A stretch of 64,000 bases of DNA. It comes from Escherichia phage A5-4. Shown here one piece after another: positions 44,742 through 55,009 of the stretch. The translations under genes and the position numbers were made by a program. Location of the stretch: the sequence record OP744025; one strand, 5' to 3'. Numbering within the stretch: the first letter of the stretch is position 1; each line of letters starts with the position of its first letter. The notes beneath the pieces are model-generated. The model did no database searches and had not been told where the DNA came from. It saw nothing but the letters and a program-made list of their open reading frames with translations.

Positions 44742-45978
44742 TCTCCTTCAACTTGTCAAGGTATTGTGTAACGTATCTTACTTTTACATTTCGGATTCTG
44801 CTCTTGATCTCATTTGGACGTCCCGCGAATTTTTCAGAAATCTCTTTACTTTCTTTTGAGATTGCAACACTGTTCTGGATAATCCCTGCCAGTGCTGAGA
44901 ATAATACCAAAGGCTGAGTGTAACTGTCAAACATTTTTTCAGGACCACGACCACGAGAATCACAGATGCAAGCATCAATGAATTCAGAAAGGAATGCTTG
45001 GTCCTTTTCACCACGTAAGGCTACTAACAAGTCATAAACTTTCTTCGGCTTCATTTCTTTGATACGGTGGAGTCGCGTATGATGCTCAGTCACAGCTAAA
45101 GCCAACTTCTTCCAACTATTGGGGACACCAAAGCGATCACAAACTTGTTCAGTTAACTTGATACCGTGCTCTTCGTGACCGTGCAGTTTACCCGTTACCC
45201 AGTAAATACATTTACCTAAGTCGTGACACAGAACTGCCCACTTCACAGCTTCACTTGCACGAGTCGCCTGGGCATAATCCATGCAAAGTAAAGTGTGAAC
45301 AAATGCATCACCTTCAGGATGGTGCTCCTTGGGTTGAACAACATCGTATAAATCCACAAGCTCAGGAAATTCTCCCAGTTGAGTCAACATACGGATCATT
45401 ACCGAAGGTTTATTCATTTCTGACTGATCACTAAAGCATTTCTTAATCTCTGCAAATTTACGCTCTTTTGGAAGTGCACTTAAGTCTACATTTTGGCACA
45501 TTCCCCAAGTGTCATGATCAATTGTAAACTCACCGCCGTATCGGGCGTGTAGTCTGGCTAATCGGTATACACGTAAAGGGTCTTCGATAAATGCTTTAGT
45601 GGATACACAACGTAACCGACTATTTTCAATATCAAGTACACCACCACAAGGGTCAATAATTTCACCCGTGGAAAGATCCTTGGCAATAGCATTAATGGTC
45701 AAATCTCTTCGCATCAGATCTTGTTCGATTGTAACGTCTGGAGAGAACACAACCTCGAAGTCGTGATAACCAGGGCCTGTTGATCTTTCTGTCCGAGCAA
45801 GAGCGTACTCTTCTTTGGTGTCTGGTTCAAGGTACACAGGGAAAGCTGCACCAACCTTAGTGAATCCTTTTTCAATCATCTCTTCGTGGGTCGCACCAAC
45901 AACCACGTAGTCTCGATCCTTACTTTCAACGCCCATTAGTTCATCACGAACTGCTCCACCTACCAAGTAAACTTTCAT
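44728..45978 (-). CDS. cca: tRNA nucleotidyltransferase (CCA-adding enzyme) with C-terminal HD domain
   Basis: MKVYLVGGAVRDELMG N-terminal head motif, later HDLGK; start moved to ATG 45978 with AAGAGGAGAAAG RBS. Confidence 0.8.
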   Translation of the reverse strand: MKVYLVGGAVRDELMGVESKDRDYVVVGATHEEMIEKGFTKVGAAFPVYLEPDTKEEYALARTERSTGPGYHDFEVVFSPDVTIEQDLMRRDLTINAIAKDLSTGEIIDPCGGVLDIENSRLRCVSTKAFIEDPLRVYRLARLHARYGGEFTIDHDTWGMCQNVDLSALPKERKFAEIKKCFSDQSEMNKPSVMIRMLTQLGEFPELVDLYDVVQPKEHHPEGDAFVHTLLCMDYAQATRASEAVKWAVLCHDLGKCIYWVTGKLHGHEEHGIKLTEQVCDRFGVPNSWKKLALAVTEHHTRLHRIKEMKPKKVYDLLVALRGEKDQAFLSEFIDACICDSRGRGPEKMFDSYTQPLVLFSALAGIIQNSVAISKESKEISEKFAGRPNEIKSRIRNVKVRYVTQYLDKLKESENG

Positions 45979-46238
45979 ACTCTTTCTCCTCTTAAGTTTA
46001 AAGACCAATCTTTTATTTCTTCTTTCCAGTTTGTATTTCTCTCAATGTCTTGCTTTTGACCACGAAGATAGTTGATGATCTCAAGCGGGTCTTGCTTAAC
46101 AAAAGAAATATTATCGATCGGACACTCAACTAACTTAAGCATCCTTTCAAAACGATTATACTCATCTTCTGACTTTGATGCAACAGGAATAACATCGTAA
46201 TCTTCAAGATTATTGAGAGTTTCAAGAGTGACCTTCAT
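45975..46238 (-). CDS. hypothetical protein
   Basis: start moved to ATG 46238 (GAAGG RBS); ATGA overlap with cca. Confidence 0.45.
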   Translation of the reverse strand: MKVTLETLNNLEDYDVIPVASKSEDEYNRFERMLKLVECPIDNISFVKQDPLEIINYLRGQKQDIERNTNWKEEIKDWSLNLRGERV

Positions 46239-46357
46239 CTCGTAACCTTCTAATTTCTTTGTCTTGATACCAAACACTCTTCGAAAGTAAATGTAATATT
46301 TCATTATGTTCTCCTAGTTGATGACTATCATTATACACATCTATGAATTCAAGTCAA

Positions 46358-46393
46358 TAAAAAAAAAAAAAAAAAGGCCACCCGAAGGTGACC
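46358..46393 (-). terminator. strong rho-independent terminator after methyltransferase gene
   Basis: minus strand hairpin GGTCACCTTCGGGTGGCC followed by T18. Confidence 0.75.
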
Positions 46394-46400
46394 TTTAAAT

Positions 46401-46910
46401 TTAAGGGTGAATCCAGTAAAAAGGTTTTGTTAAACCAAGTTTACCTTTTTTATCCCAAATAAAATAACCATATGCTGCACCATCTGTTTTACCATCGTCA
46501 GTAAAAGAAGGTCGCTTAGATAAAGTAACTAAGTGATCAACAGGGTATTGCTTCCAGAACTCAACACGTTTGGTACTCTCAAGGAAACCTAAACGAAGAA
46601 GCATGATCACTACATCAGCATCCTTGTGCGCTTTTTCTACAAACTCTTGAGCTAAATTGTAAGGTGGATTAGTTAACACACAATCTACCTTATTGTATTT
46701 AGTTGCAAGATAATCAACACCTTCTTGAATCTCTCCCCAGGCTGAACCAATTGGCATTTCATTATAAAAACTTCCAGAGGCTCTGCAAGGTTCCAGATAA
46801 GTCCAATCCTGACGGATTGGAACTAAATTCAAGAAAGCATCTACTGCCCATTTCGGAGTTTCATAGCGATCATTTTCACGGCGCTCTGCTTTAGGTTTCA
46901 ATGCTGCCAC
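46401..46910 (-). CDS. phage-type DNA N6-adenine methyltransferase
   Basis: EPCRASGSF (motif I-like) and TNPPY (motif IV); 169 aa. Confidence 0.7.
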   Translation of the reverse strand: MAALKPKAERRENDRYETPKWAVDAFLNLVPIRQDWTYLEPCRASGSFYNEMPIGSAWGEIQEGVDYLATKYNKVDCVLTNPPYNLAQEFVEKAHKDADVVIMLLRLGFLESTKRVEFWKQYPVDHLVTLSKRPSFTDDGKTDGAAYGYFIWDKKGKLGLTKPFYWIHP

Positions 46911-46912
46911 TC

Positions 46913-47758
46913 TTATTTGCCCCCTTCTTTCGCCGCAGTGATGATCTGTTCAATTAACTCGTCACGATAATAAACGTACTGTTCAACACCGAAACATTCC
47001 GCAATCTCGTCTAGTTCGTCGAGGTTGTACTCGTCAAAGTCTCGTGGGTTAAGAGTAAAGATGTTGAATTTTTTGGCGTAGCCTTCGTCGAGGACGATTT
47101 CAAATTCTCCCTCTCCGATTTCCTTCGCATCATCAACATCACTCGATTCGATTGACCCTTCAACCTTAATCCCCCCTGTATTTTGTTGATCGGCTTCCAT
47201 TTGCTTTTTAATTGCTTCATCTTCAGCGGTCAAACGGGCTTGCATCTGAGAGGAAGTGAAGTAAATTTCGCCAGCACGATCAAACAGTTCAACGAGTTCA
47301 TCTTCTGTCATAACACCCTTGTACAGATCGTAGTATTTCTCTTTGAACAGGTCTTTGTAGAAATCGCTACGTTTAAATACCAGCGCCGAGTCACCACCCA
47401 TACTCATCTGAACGTTGTGGAACATATAATGAGAACCTGGACGACAAATTCGAACATGACCAGATAAGAAGATCATTGTTGCAGCACTTGCCACTTCACC
47501 AATGCCGTGTGTCACAACAGTCGCCTTAGCTTCAGAGATCGCTGTCATGTACATATCTGCGATATCACAATAACCACCGCAAGAAGTAATGTATAGATTT
47601 ACAATATCACCTTCTGGTGCTGAACGAATCAGATCAACAGCCTCAATATGTGCTTCAGGTGAGTTGTGCAGATCGGTAACATAGATACGCCAATCGTTAG
47701 AAGTTACTGGAGATACCCAAATGTTTTTTGCTGGACCATTCATTACGATTTCTTCCAT
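46913..47758 (-). CDS. ClpP-family serine peptidase with C-terminal extension
   Basis: ITSCGG, GEVASAAT and MFHNV align with ClpP catalytic regions; 281 aa. Confidence 0.65.
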   Translation of the reverse strand: MEEIVMNGPAKNIWVSPVTSNDWRIYVTDLHNSPEAHIEAVDLIRSAPEGDIVNLYITSCGGYCDIADMYMTAISEAKATVVTHGIGEVASAATMIFLSGHVRICRPGSHYMFHNVQMSMGGDSALVFKRSDFYKDLFKEKYYDLYKGVMTEDELVELFDRAGEIYFTSSQMQARLTAEDEAIKKQMEADQQNTGGIKVEGSIESSDVDDAKEIGEGEFEIVLDEGYAKKFNIFTLNPRDFDEYNLDELDEIAECFGVEQYVYYRDELIEQIITAAKEGGK

Positions 47759-47770
47759 ATTAATTCCCCC

Positions 47771-48241
47771 TTAGCTGATTAAAGTACGGATGCGGGTAGC
47801 GTTTTGCAGAACCCAGTCTACTACGATAGAATGGTCAGAGTCAACAATTACTTCATGATGACGTTTGAACATATCAAGAATCTTTGCTGCTTCGGCAGTA
47901 TAAAGTGCCGCACGATCTAAAAAGATAATCTGCTCTTTAAGTTCTTCTGTAATCGGACATAACTTACTTGGGACCTTGATGGCTGACAAATGTTCTACCA
48001 ACTCTTTTCGAGTAGAGAACATAATATCAACCTCCTGATCGATACTAAGAGAGCCTAAGAATAAGCGAGAAAACCATCCACGATACTCATCGTTGTTTTT
48101 ACGCAAAGTCTTAATTCCAAATATTAACTCTTCGAACAGGGCTGTTGCAATTTCTTCAATACGATCAGGAACAATAGCCCCACAATTTTTCAATTCCATC
48201 AGTTTACGATGATCAACTGTTGCGTACATACCCTTATCCAT
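47771..48241 (-). CDS. hypothetical protein
   Basis: ORF track. Confidence 0.5.
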   Translation of the reverse strand: MDKGMYATVDHRKLMELKNCGAIVPDRIEEIATALFEELIFGIKTLRKNNDEYRGWFSRLFLGSLSIDQEVDIMFSTRKELVEHLSAIKVPSKLCPITEELKEQIIFLDRAALYTAEAAKILDMFKRHHEVIVDSDHSIVVDWVLQNATRIRTLIS

Positions 48242-48249
48242 ATCACCCC

Positions 48250-48567
48250 TTAAATTCCGATTAAATATTTAAACTTCCCGTCGTTCTCTGCGATCTTGTG
48301 GATTACATAGAACCAATTTTCAATTCCGTCTTCATCTTCCTCTTTCACACGATCACCAGTTTTCAACTCAACCTCGGAAACGTACTCCTTACTTTCAAGA
48401 AAATACTTCCACTGAACCATGTCTTTAAAATTACAGATTAGTTTATTTTTGCCATCTGTCGTCCAAAGGTCCTGATTGACCCACATACCAACAACGAAAT
48501 TCTTTTCTTTTTTAGGACGACCAAGTGCATAAGTGTTGTTTAACATCTTTGCTTTATCTAAGACCAC
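48250..48567 (-). CDS. hypothetical protein
   Basis: ORF track. Confidence 0.5.
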   Translation of the reverse strand: MVLDKAKMLNNTYALGRPKKEKNFVVGMWVNQDLWTTDGKNKLICNFKDMVQWKYFLESKEYVSEVELKTGDRVKEEDEDGIENWFYVIHKIAENDGKFKYLIGI

Positions 48568-49171
48568 GTTTTGACTCCAAGTTAACTAAGAAATTCTCAA
48601 GCACTGTGATGTTGTCTTCTTTCCAAAGATTAAGTGTTCTTACTCCACTCTTCTTTGCAAGATTGACTGCTGTAGCAGTGCCGCCCTTGGGATTGCCCGT
48701 TCTTGTTTCCTTTGCGTAGTATATCACAAACTTACTTTGCATCAAGTATGCATTTGAAAGATTTTTACCAAAAATCTGGTGTACGTTTCTTTCGTGCAAC
48801 TTCCTTGCCCCCTGACTCAACTTATCCCAACCACCATGAACTTCCTTTATCCATTCCCACCTCATTTCCTTATGTTCTGGAAATTCTATATCAATCGCGT
48901 TTAGTGAGATATTATACAGATCTTTAAGTCCCTGTCCACCTTTAAAGTTGTCCCAAGGAACATATACCTCTGCAAGTTTGCTCGGCGATTGAGCCATATT
49001 ACAATCTTCATGAAACCTCTGCATACCCCTTTGGAAGGCTGCATCTGCACCACCTGCACCACCAGATCGTAATGTGTACCCAACCCTTGCTAATCTCCAA
49101 CCTGCATCTTCCATAATTTTTAATATTTCTTCAGGAGTCTCCCTTGAACCTATTCCTGTATAAGCTGGCAC
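48554..49171 (-). CDS. DprA/Smf-like Rossmann-fold (SLOG) protein
   Basis: GIGSRETP and SGGAGGADAAFQRG match DprA core motifs; start moved to GTG 49171 with AAGGAGG RBS (track start overlaps nrdG by 100 nt). Confidence 0.55.
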   Translation of the reverse strand: MPAYTGIGSRETPEEILKIMEDAGWRLARVGYTLRSGGAGGADAAFQRGMQRFHEDCNMAQSPSKLAEVYVPWDNFKGGQGLKDLYNISLNAIDIEFPEHKEMRWEWIKEVHGGWDKLSQGARKLHERNVHQIFGKNLSNAYLMQSKFVIYYAKETRTGNPKGGTATAVNLAKKSGVRTLNLWKEDNITVLENFLVNLESKRGLR

Positions 49172-49172
49172 T

Positions 49173-49655
49173 TTAACCTCCTTCATCTTCAGTTGACCAG
49201 TACCCATTAACTTTTTTCCAAAGCCTTTGGTTATCTGATCCCCTGAATCTTTTAGTTGTAGGTTTGTTTTCATTATACTTACCGTCCATGATTAAGTCAA
49301 CGTGTTTCTTTATTTCCTCATCCAAGTCTTCAAAAAGATACCCTGTCCACACCATGATATCTTTACTCTCACCAAAGCACAACTTTACTTCCTTGATGAT
49401 TCTTTTTACAATATCAATATTCTCAGGGTCAAGAGGTTCTCCACCCATAATTGACAATCCACTGATAAAGTTTCGAGAAAGATCTTTTTTCAATCTCTCC
49501 ATATCTTCATCTGTGAATTCTTTTCCATACCTGTATGACCAAGCCTTTTGGTTAAAACAGCCTTTGCACTTATGGCTGCATCCACTAACCCACAGGGAGG
49601 TTCTTACACCCTCCCCGTTGATGAAGTCTGTGCTTTCATACCCGCAGATGTTCAA
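49173..49655 (-). CDS. nrdG: anaerobic ribonucleotide reductase activating protein
   Basis: radical-SAM CSHKCKGC near N-terminus; directly downstream of nrdD with 4-nt overlap. Confidence 0.85.
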   Translation of the reverse strand: MNICGYESTDFINGEGVRTSLWVSGCSHKCKGCFNQKAWSYRYGKEFTDEDMERLKKDLSRNFISGLSIMGGEPLDPENIDIVKRIIKEVKLCFGESKDIMVWTGYLFEDLDEEIKKHVDLIMDGKYNENKPTTKRFRGSDNQRLWKKVNGYWSTEDEGG

Positions 49656-51730
49656 ACGTGTTTTTCCCTTTGTAAGACCTCCTGCATCTTACCCTTATTA
49701 TAAGGTCTTGCATTCGGAGCCGATAAATAACCAGAAACCCGTCGGATTACTGAAATTGTTCCTTCTTCTTTATTCCCGCAACAAGGGCATTCAAAACCTT
49801 TTGCTGTTGCATGGAATTCACCACTAAAGTTACACTTAAAGCACTGGTCCACAGGTTGATTGACACCAAAGTAAGGTATCATTTTATAACCGTAATCGAT
49901 CAATGTTTCAAGTGCCTTCATATTATTTTTCAAGTTTGGCGTTTCAACATAACCAATATTACCGCCTGAACTTATTGTTGCGAAACCGGATTCATACTTC
50001 CACTTAGCGAAAGGATCTGAATGTTCCCAAACAGGTACATGAAAAGAGTTTGTAAGGTAGTCTCGCTTAATGGCTTCTGGATATTTTTCCTTCAGCTTTG
50101 TGGCGAAACGATAGCACAGACTCTCCGCAGGTGTTCCATAAAGACTGAAAGAAAGGTGTGAACGATCTCTGAACTCGTCACACTTAAGTTTCATATGATT
50201 AAGGATCATTATCGCTAAACCCTTATGCTTTTGCCCCAAGATAATATCAACTGCTTCCGATAAGCCTACATATCCAATACTGATCGATGCGTACCCGTCA
50301 TAGAATAACTTACTAATCTTTTCATCAGCGCCCAACCTTGCTAAAGCACCCTCCATAAACAGGGTTGGGTTTTGAGATGCTTTCACATTCTTGAGTCTAT
50401 TGACACGAACCATGTGAGATTCGTATGCCTTTTCCATATGCTCGTCAAGGAAAGCGTAAAAATCACCACCTTTTGCTTTGTACTCTGCTGCAATCAGCGG
50501 TAAATTTATAGAGACAACACCTAAATTGAATCTACCATCATACTTCTCTCCATGTTCTGTCGTAAATTTGGAAAGGAAGCTCCTACAACCCATACTTGTA
50601 ACTTTCCCATCTGAAGATCCAGTAACCTCTTTATTTAATGGCACAGAGATGAAGTCAGGATAGATCCTTTCAACACAGCACTGCATTGCCATTTGTTTAA
50701 GGTCATAATTAACATCACCAGGTTTCAGGTTTACACCATCTTGCAAAAAGAAGACAACCTTCGGAAAAACTGGAGTTACCTTATCCTTGCCAAGCCCCTC
50801 AGTATGGACCTTTAGATAGTTTTTGGTAATCATTCTACCAAACTCTGAAGTTTCAAGACCCATACTGATCGTAATGAAAGGCGATTGACCGTTAACACTC
50901 ATTAAAGTATTAACCTGATAAACCAGAGTCTGCATTGCATCATACACATCTCGGTCTGTCATTTCCATTGCTAAAGATTCATTAGGTTTTCCGATCTTTT
51001 CTAAAAACTCGATATTCTTTTTGTGACTCATCTCAACATATGTTTTCAAACCCTCATCGATATGAGCACATGTTTGTCCTCCGTATTGACTGGATGCTAC
51101 AGCCTGAATGATTTGAGTCAGAACTGTTGTTGCAACACCAATCGACTTAGGTTTTTCGATCTTTGCATTTCCAATCTTAAAACCATTTTCAAGCATGTCC
51201 CGATAGTTAACAAGACAACAGTTAGTTAATGGACTAACCAAATAATCCAAGTCGTGAATGTGACCATAACCTTCATTGTGCCAAGCAGCGAGGTCTTTTG
51301 GCAAGATCTGATTAATACTGACATGCTTGCTTAAAATACCTGCCAGCAAGTCCCGATGAGTATTTACCAAATTGCTAGGTTTGTTTGCATTCTCACGAGT
51401 AAATTCTTCAGCCGTTTGATCCAAAAATCCGCTAATATCTGAATAAAGTTTACCTTTGCCTTCACGAACTGAATCCCGATCATGACGGTATTCAATATAG
51501 CATCTGGCAGCATCTTGAAGATTTTTCTGACTCATTAAGGTATTCTCAACAACCTTATGAATCTCTTCTACAGATATACGATCTTTATCTTCAATCTGAC
51601 TAACGACTTCAGTAATGAGTTTATCAACATCGGCTTTAGTGCCTGCGGATAAAAGAGCGCCCCGAAGGGCTGCTCCGATCTTATCCGTGCACAAGGTTTC
51701 TTCACGCCCGTCACGTTTTGCAATAATCAA
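49652..51730 (-). CDS. nrdD: anaerobic ribonucleoside-triphosphate reductase
   Basis: 692 aa; C-terminal Zn ribbon CFKCNFSG...CPCCGN and glycyl-radical motif RRVSGY. Confidence 0.9.
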   Translation of the reverse strand: MIIAKRDGREETLCTDKIGAALRGALLSAGTKADVDKLITEVVSQIEDKDRISVEEIHKVVENTLMSQKNLQDAARCYIEYRHDRDSVREGKGKLYSDISGFLDQTAEEFTRENANKPSNLVNTHRDLLAGILSKHVSINQILPKDLAAWHNEGYGHIHDLDYLVSPLTNCCLVNYRDMLENGFKIGNAKIEKPKSIGVATTVLTQIIQAVASSQYGGQTCAHIDEGLKTYVEMSHKKNIEFLEKIGKPNESLAMEMTDRDVYDAMQTLVYQVNTLMSVNGQSPFITISMGLETSEFGRMITKNYLKVHTEGLGKDKVTPVFPKVVFFLQDGVNLKPGDVNYDLKQMAMQCCVERIYPDFISVPLNKEVTGSSDGKVTSMGCRSFLSKFTTEHGEKYDGRFNLGVVSINLPLIAAEYKAKGGDFYAFLDEHMEKAYESHMVRVNRLKNVKASQNPTLFMEGALARLGADEKISKLFYDGYASISIGYVGLSEAVDIILGQKHKGLAIMILNHMKLKCDEFRDRSHLSFSLYGTPAESLCYRFATKLKEKYPEAIKRDYLTNSFHVPVWEHSDPFAKWKYESGFATISSGGNIGYVETPNLKNNMKALETLIDYGYKMIPYFGVNQPVDQCFKCNFSGEFHATAKGFECPCCGNKEEGTISVIRRVSGYLSAPNARPYNKGKMQEVLQREKHV

Positions 51731-51732
51731 CC

Positions 51733-52479
51733 TTAATTACCTCCTTTAAGATCCTTTTCACGAGCCTTGACAACTGCCTTACAGAATGGACTACGAACGA
51801 TTTCTTCACTAGTCGCTTCAACATAATCGGCAAAGTCGTAAAGTTCATGACGATCAATGAATTCGATTGCCCATTCTAATCCAGTTTCACGATTACGCAT
51901 ATCGTTCTGTGTGATATCGCCTAAGCAGAACAGCTTAGAACTTTCACCTTTACGAGTCATGATCGTGTAAGCCGTATCTTCATCTGTGTTCTGAAACTCA
52001 TCGACAATAACAACCGCATTATCGAAAGAACGCCCACGGATATATTCCAGAGGAACAAATTCAATGTTACCACAACCCAACTGAGTTTCAAAGAAACCGT
52101 GACCGTAGCGTTGCTGAATAACCTGAATAAGTGCCTGAAGGAAAGGCTCGAATTTCTCACGGATAGTCCCAGGTAGTAACCCGAGGCTGTTCCCCATTCC
52201 CAATGTTGGTCGAGTAAGGACGATCTTTTCAATCTTACCTTGCTTCAGCCAATCAATAACGGTACTCATAATGACAAATGTCTTACCTGTACCCGCCGGA
52301 GCGTTAACGAAAACAACTTCCTTCTCGTTAACCAGAGATAACAATTCCTTTTGGAATCGGTTCTTTGGAGTAATAGGTTTTTTCAACTCTTCATAGGCTT
52401 TAGGTGTTACCTGACGGCCTTTTGAACGCTTCTCTTCACGACGATCCTGACGAGATTTACGATTAGTATGACGTTGCAT
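51733..52479 (-). CDS. phoH: PhoH-like ATPase
   Basis: P-loop APAGTGKTF, 248 aa. Confidence 0.8.
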   Translation of the reverse strand: MQRHTNRKSRQDRREEKRSKGRQVTPKAYEELKKPITPKNRFQKELLSLVNEKEVVFVNAPAGTGKTFVIMSTVIDWLKQGKIEKIVLTRPTLGMGNSLGLLPGTIREKFEPFLQALIQVIQQRYGHGFFETQLGCGNIEFVPLEYIRGRSFDNAVVIVDEFQNTDEDTAYTIMTRKGESSKLFCLGDITQNDMRNRETGLEWAIEFIDRHELYDFADYVEATSEEIVRSPFCKAVVKAREKDLKGGN

Positions 52480-52494
52480 AGAGTACCTCGCTTC

Positions 52495-52878
52495 TTAAGG
52501 GTAGAGTTTATGAGGGAGTTGGAAATGAGGACCATCTTTAAATGAAGTCCAATCACCGCCCCACTCAATCGGGATGTTTAATTCTTTTGCTGCATCCTTA
52601 ACAGCTTCTGCCATCGGGTAATAATATTTCCAGTCCCAAGTAACCGATCCGTTAACCAAAGGCCACAAATCTACAGCATGTCCGGTCAGATGACGACTGT
52701 TCATCGTCTTACTCTTACCTTCTGCAACATACTTACGTTGGGTTTCTATTGTACGTAGACCTTCACCAACAGTAAAGTCAATCGTACTCTTTTTGATTGC
52801 CAGTTTCACAACTTCAACCAAGTCGGGATGAACGCCCTTAAGACGTTCAATACTCCGTTTACCTAATACAAATCCCAT
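52495..52878 (-). CDS. M15-family peptidase (L-alanyl-D-glutamate peptidase-like, probable endolysin)
   Basis: HLTGHAVDL and GGDW motifs of VanY/M15 zinc peptidases; 127 aa. Confidence 0.7.
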   Translation of the reverse strand: MGFVLGKRSIERLKGVHPDLVEVVKLAIKKSTIDFTVGEGLRTIETQRKYVAEGKSKTMNSRHLTGHAVDLWPLVNGSVTWDWKYYYPMAEAVKDAAKELNIPIEWGGDWTSFKDGPHFQLPHKLYP

Positions 52879-52886
52879 TAAGTCTC

Positions 52887-53297
52887 CTAGTGAGTAACTT
52901 CAGTTTTTACATACCCCAAGATCAAATCATCTTGGATCTCTTTCATCGCCACAGACATTTTCAACTGAACTTCAGCGATAGCTTCTGAATATTCAATTTC
53001 GTCTACAAAGCGTTGAAGATGTTCAGTGGATAACGAATCCATATTTTCCACGATCGCATTCTGCATTACCTTTTCGTAATTTTCAGAAGTCATCGCTTCA
53101 ACGATCTTCTGTTGATTTCGGACCTTAATGATATCTTCTTCTGTCTTATCTTCAATACCTTTCAGGAAGTCCAGCGTCATCACTGCCACTTCAAGGTTTG
53201 CGTCAATTGCCTTACCAACAACGTACTTTGCAATTTTATGAAGCAGACGCTCACGATCAGTCAGTTCTTTTTCAATTTTATCAACGGTATTAGTCAT
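52887..53297 (-). CDS. hypothetical protein
   Basis: ORF track. Confidence 0.5.
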   Translation of the reverse strand: MTNTVDKIEKELTDRERLLHKIAKYVVGKAIDANLEVAVMTLDFLKGIEDKTEEDIIKVRNQQKIVEAMTSENYEKVMQNAIVENMDSLSTEHLQRFVDEIEYSEAIAEVQLKMSVAMKEIQDDLILGYVKTEVTH

Positions 53298-53590
53298 TAC
53301 AGATCTCCCAGGTCATCGTTATTGAAGTCAAGTTCTACTTTGCTCGGCAAATTCTTTGCTACCAGTTCAGTGTAGCCTCCAACGTACTCGCTGTCAATAA
53401 AAATCTGAGGAACTGTACGTGGAACATAACCAACAGCATCGCTTACCTTTTTAACCATCTCTTGCAGATTGCCAGAGTTTGCACCCACGTCAATATACTC
53501 ATACTCATAACCTTTCTGATCAAGGAGGGTTTTTGCATTGTCACAGAATGGGCAGTTTACTTTACCATAAATCACATTACTCATTATCAA
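53297..53590 (-). CDS. glutaredoxin-like protein (NrdH/Grx family)
   Basis: CPFC active-site motif near N-terminus; located in nrd cluster. Confidence 0.75.
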   Translation of the reverse strand: MIMSNVIYGKVNCPFCDNAKTLLDQKGYEYEYIDVGANSGNLQEMVKKVSDAVGYVPRTVPQIFIDSEYVGGYTELVAKNLPSKVELDFNNDDLGDL

Positions 53591-53621
53591 TCTCCTTTAT
53601 CCAGAAAACAAAACTATTTAA

Positions 53622-53885
53622 TCACACTTCTTTGAACGTTGCAAGCACTGTTGATTCAATTTCGTAATAATTTTCACGAACTTTGATATCTTCATTCAAT
53701 GCCCAAGGTACACCAAGGTCAGTGCTTACATATTGGAGATCATCTGATCCATCATAAACAGAATTCTGTTCAAACACAAAACCTTCCACTGCAAAAGTAC
53801 AAATAAGTTTTTTCACTTTTAGAATCTCCAGGTTAAGGGCCTTTCGGCCCAGCTTATTAAAGTTCGAAATCGAAGTCAGATGCAC
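53622..53885 (-). CDS. hypothetical protein
   Basis: ORF track. Confidence 0.5.
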   Translation of the reverse strand: MHLTSISNFNKLGRKALNLEILKVKKLICTFAVEGFVFEQNSVYDGSDDLQYVSTDLGVPWALNEDIKVRENYYEIESTVLATFKEV

Positions 53886-54954
53886 TTACTGAAGAGTCAA
53901 CCTGACCAGACAGATATTGACCATTTTCTAGTTCCTGTGGAGTCACCTGGACGTTTTTAGTATTCAGGTGGCTATTGATCCAAGGGATCGGGTTCTTCAG
54001 TGGCTTACCGATGAAACTATCTAAACCAACTGCTCGCATACGTTGGTCAGCCATATAATCTACGTATTGCCACAGGATCTCTTTATTCAGTCCAACCATC
54101 GAACCATCTTTGAACAGGTATTCTGCCCAATCACGTTCTTGCTGTCGTGCCTGTAAGAACAACTCACGGGCTTCATCTTTACAATCTTCTGCGACTCGTG
54201 CAATAAGGTCACCTTCACGACCACTCTGCATTTCGTTCAGAATATACTGAGTACCCGACAAATGCAATGCTTCATCACGAGCGATCAGTTCGATAATGTT
54301 GGTGTTGCCAGTCATGATACTACGCTCACCAAATGCAAACGAACATGCAAAACTCACATAGAAGCGGATTGCTTCCAAAGCATTAATACTGTGCATACAC
54401 AGATACAGTGCTCGTGCATGTGCATAACGATCGACTGGCAAGTTCAAAGCGTAACGACTGTTCAACTGGAATAAATCGTCATACAGCTTCGTAACTGCAT
54501 CTGCACGTTCCAGAATTTCTGGAGTTTTCATGATCTCATCAAGAATTGCAGAAGGATCACTAAATACATTTCGAATAATGTGTGTATATGAACGGCTGTG
54601 GATTGTTTCACTGAAACCCCAAGTCTCAATCCAAGTTTCCAAAGCTGGGTCAGAAACAATTGGAAGTAATACTGCATTCGGGCCACGCCCTTGAACTGAA
54701 TCAAGCAATGTTTGATACTTAAGGTTACTAATGAAAATATGTTTTTCATGATCAGGTAATCCCATAAAGTCAATTCGGTCACGGGTCACATCGATTTCTT
54801 CCGGTCGCCAGAAGAATGCCAACTGCTTTTCTGTCAGCTTTTCAAATTTGTTGTGTTTTTGCTTGTCGTAACGAGAAACGTTAACAGACTCACCAAAGAA
54901 CATCGGTTGTTCCATGAAATCAAACTGGTTTTTATTAAAAGTCGTGTAGCTCAC
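53857..54954 (-). CDS. nrdB: ribonucleotide reductase class Ia beta subunit
   Basis: [31 protein letters not shown] closely resemble E. coli NrdB. Confidence 0.9.
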   Translation of the reverse strand: MSYTTFNKNQFDFMEQPMFFGESVNVSRYDKQKHNKFEKLTEKQLAFFWRPEEIDVTRDRIDFMGLPDHEKHIFISNLKYQTLLDSVQGRGPNAVLLPIVSDPALETWIETWGFSETIHSRSYTHIIRNVFSDPSAILDEIMKTPEILERADAVTKLYDDLFQLNSRYALNLPVDRYAHARALYLCMHSINALEAIRFYVSFACSFAFGERSIMTGNTNIIELIARDEALHLSGTQYILNEMQSGREGDLIARVAEDCKDEARELFLQARQQERDWAEYLFKDGSMVGLNKEILWQYVDYMADQRMRAVGLDSFIGKPLKNPIPWINSHLNTKNVQVTPQELENGQYLSGQVDSSVSASDFDFEL

Positions 54955-55009
54955 TTATTATCTCCTCTTCGTTAATCTGAAAACCATTATACCTGAACTT
55001 ACCAAGAAA

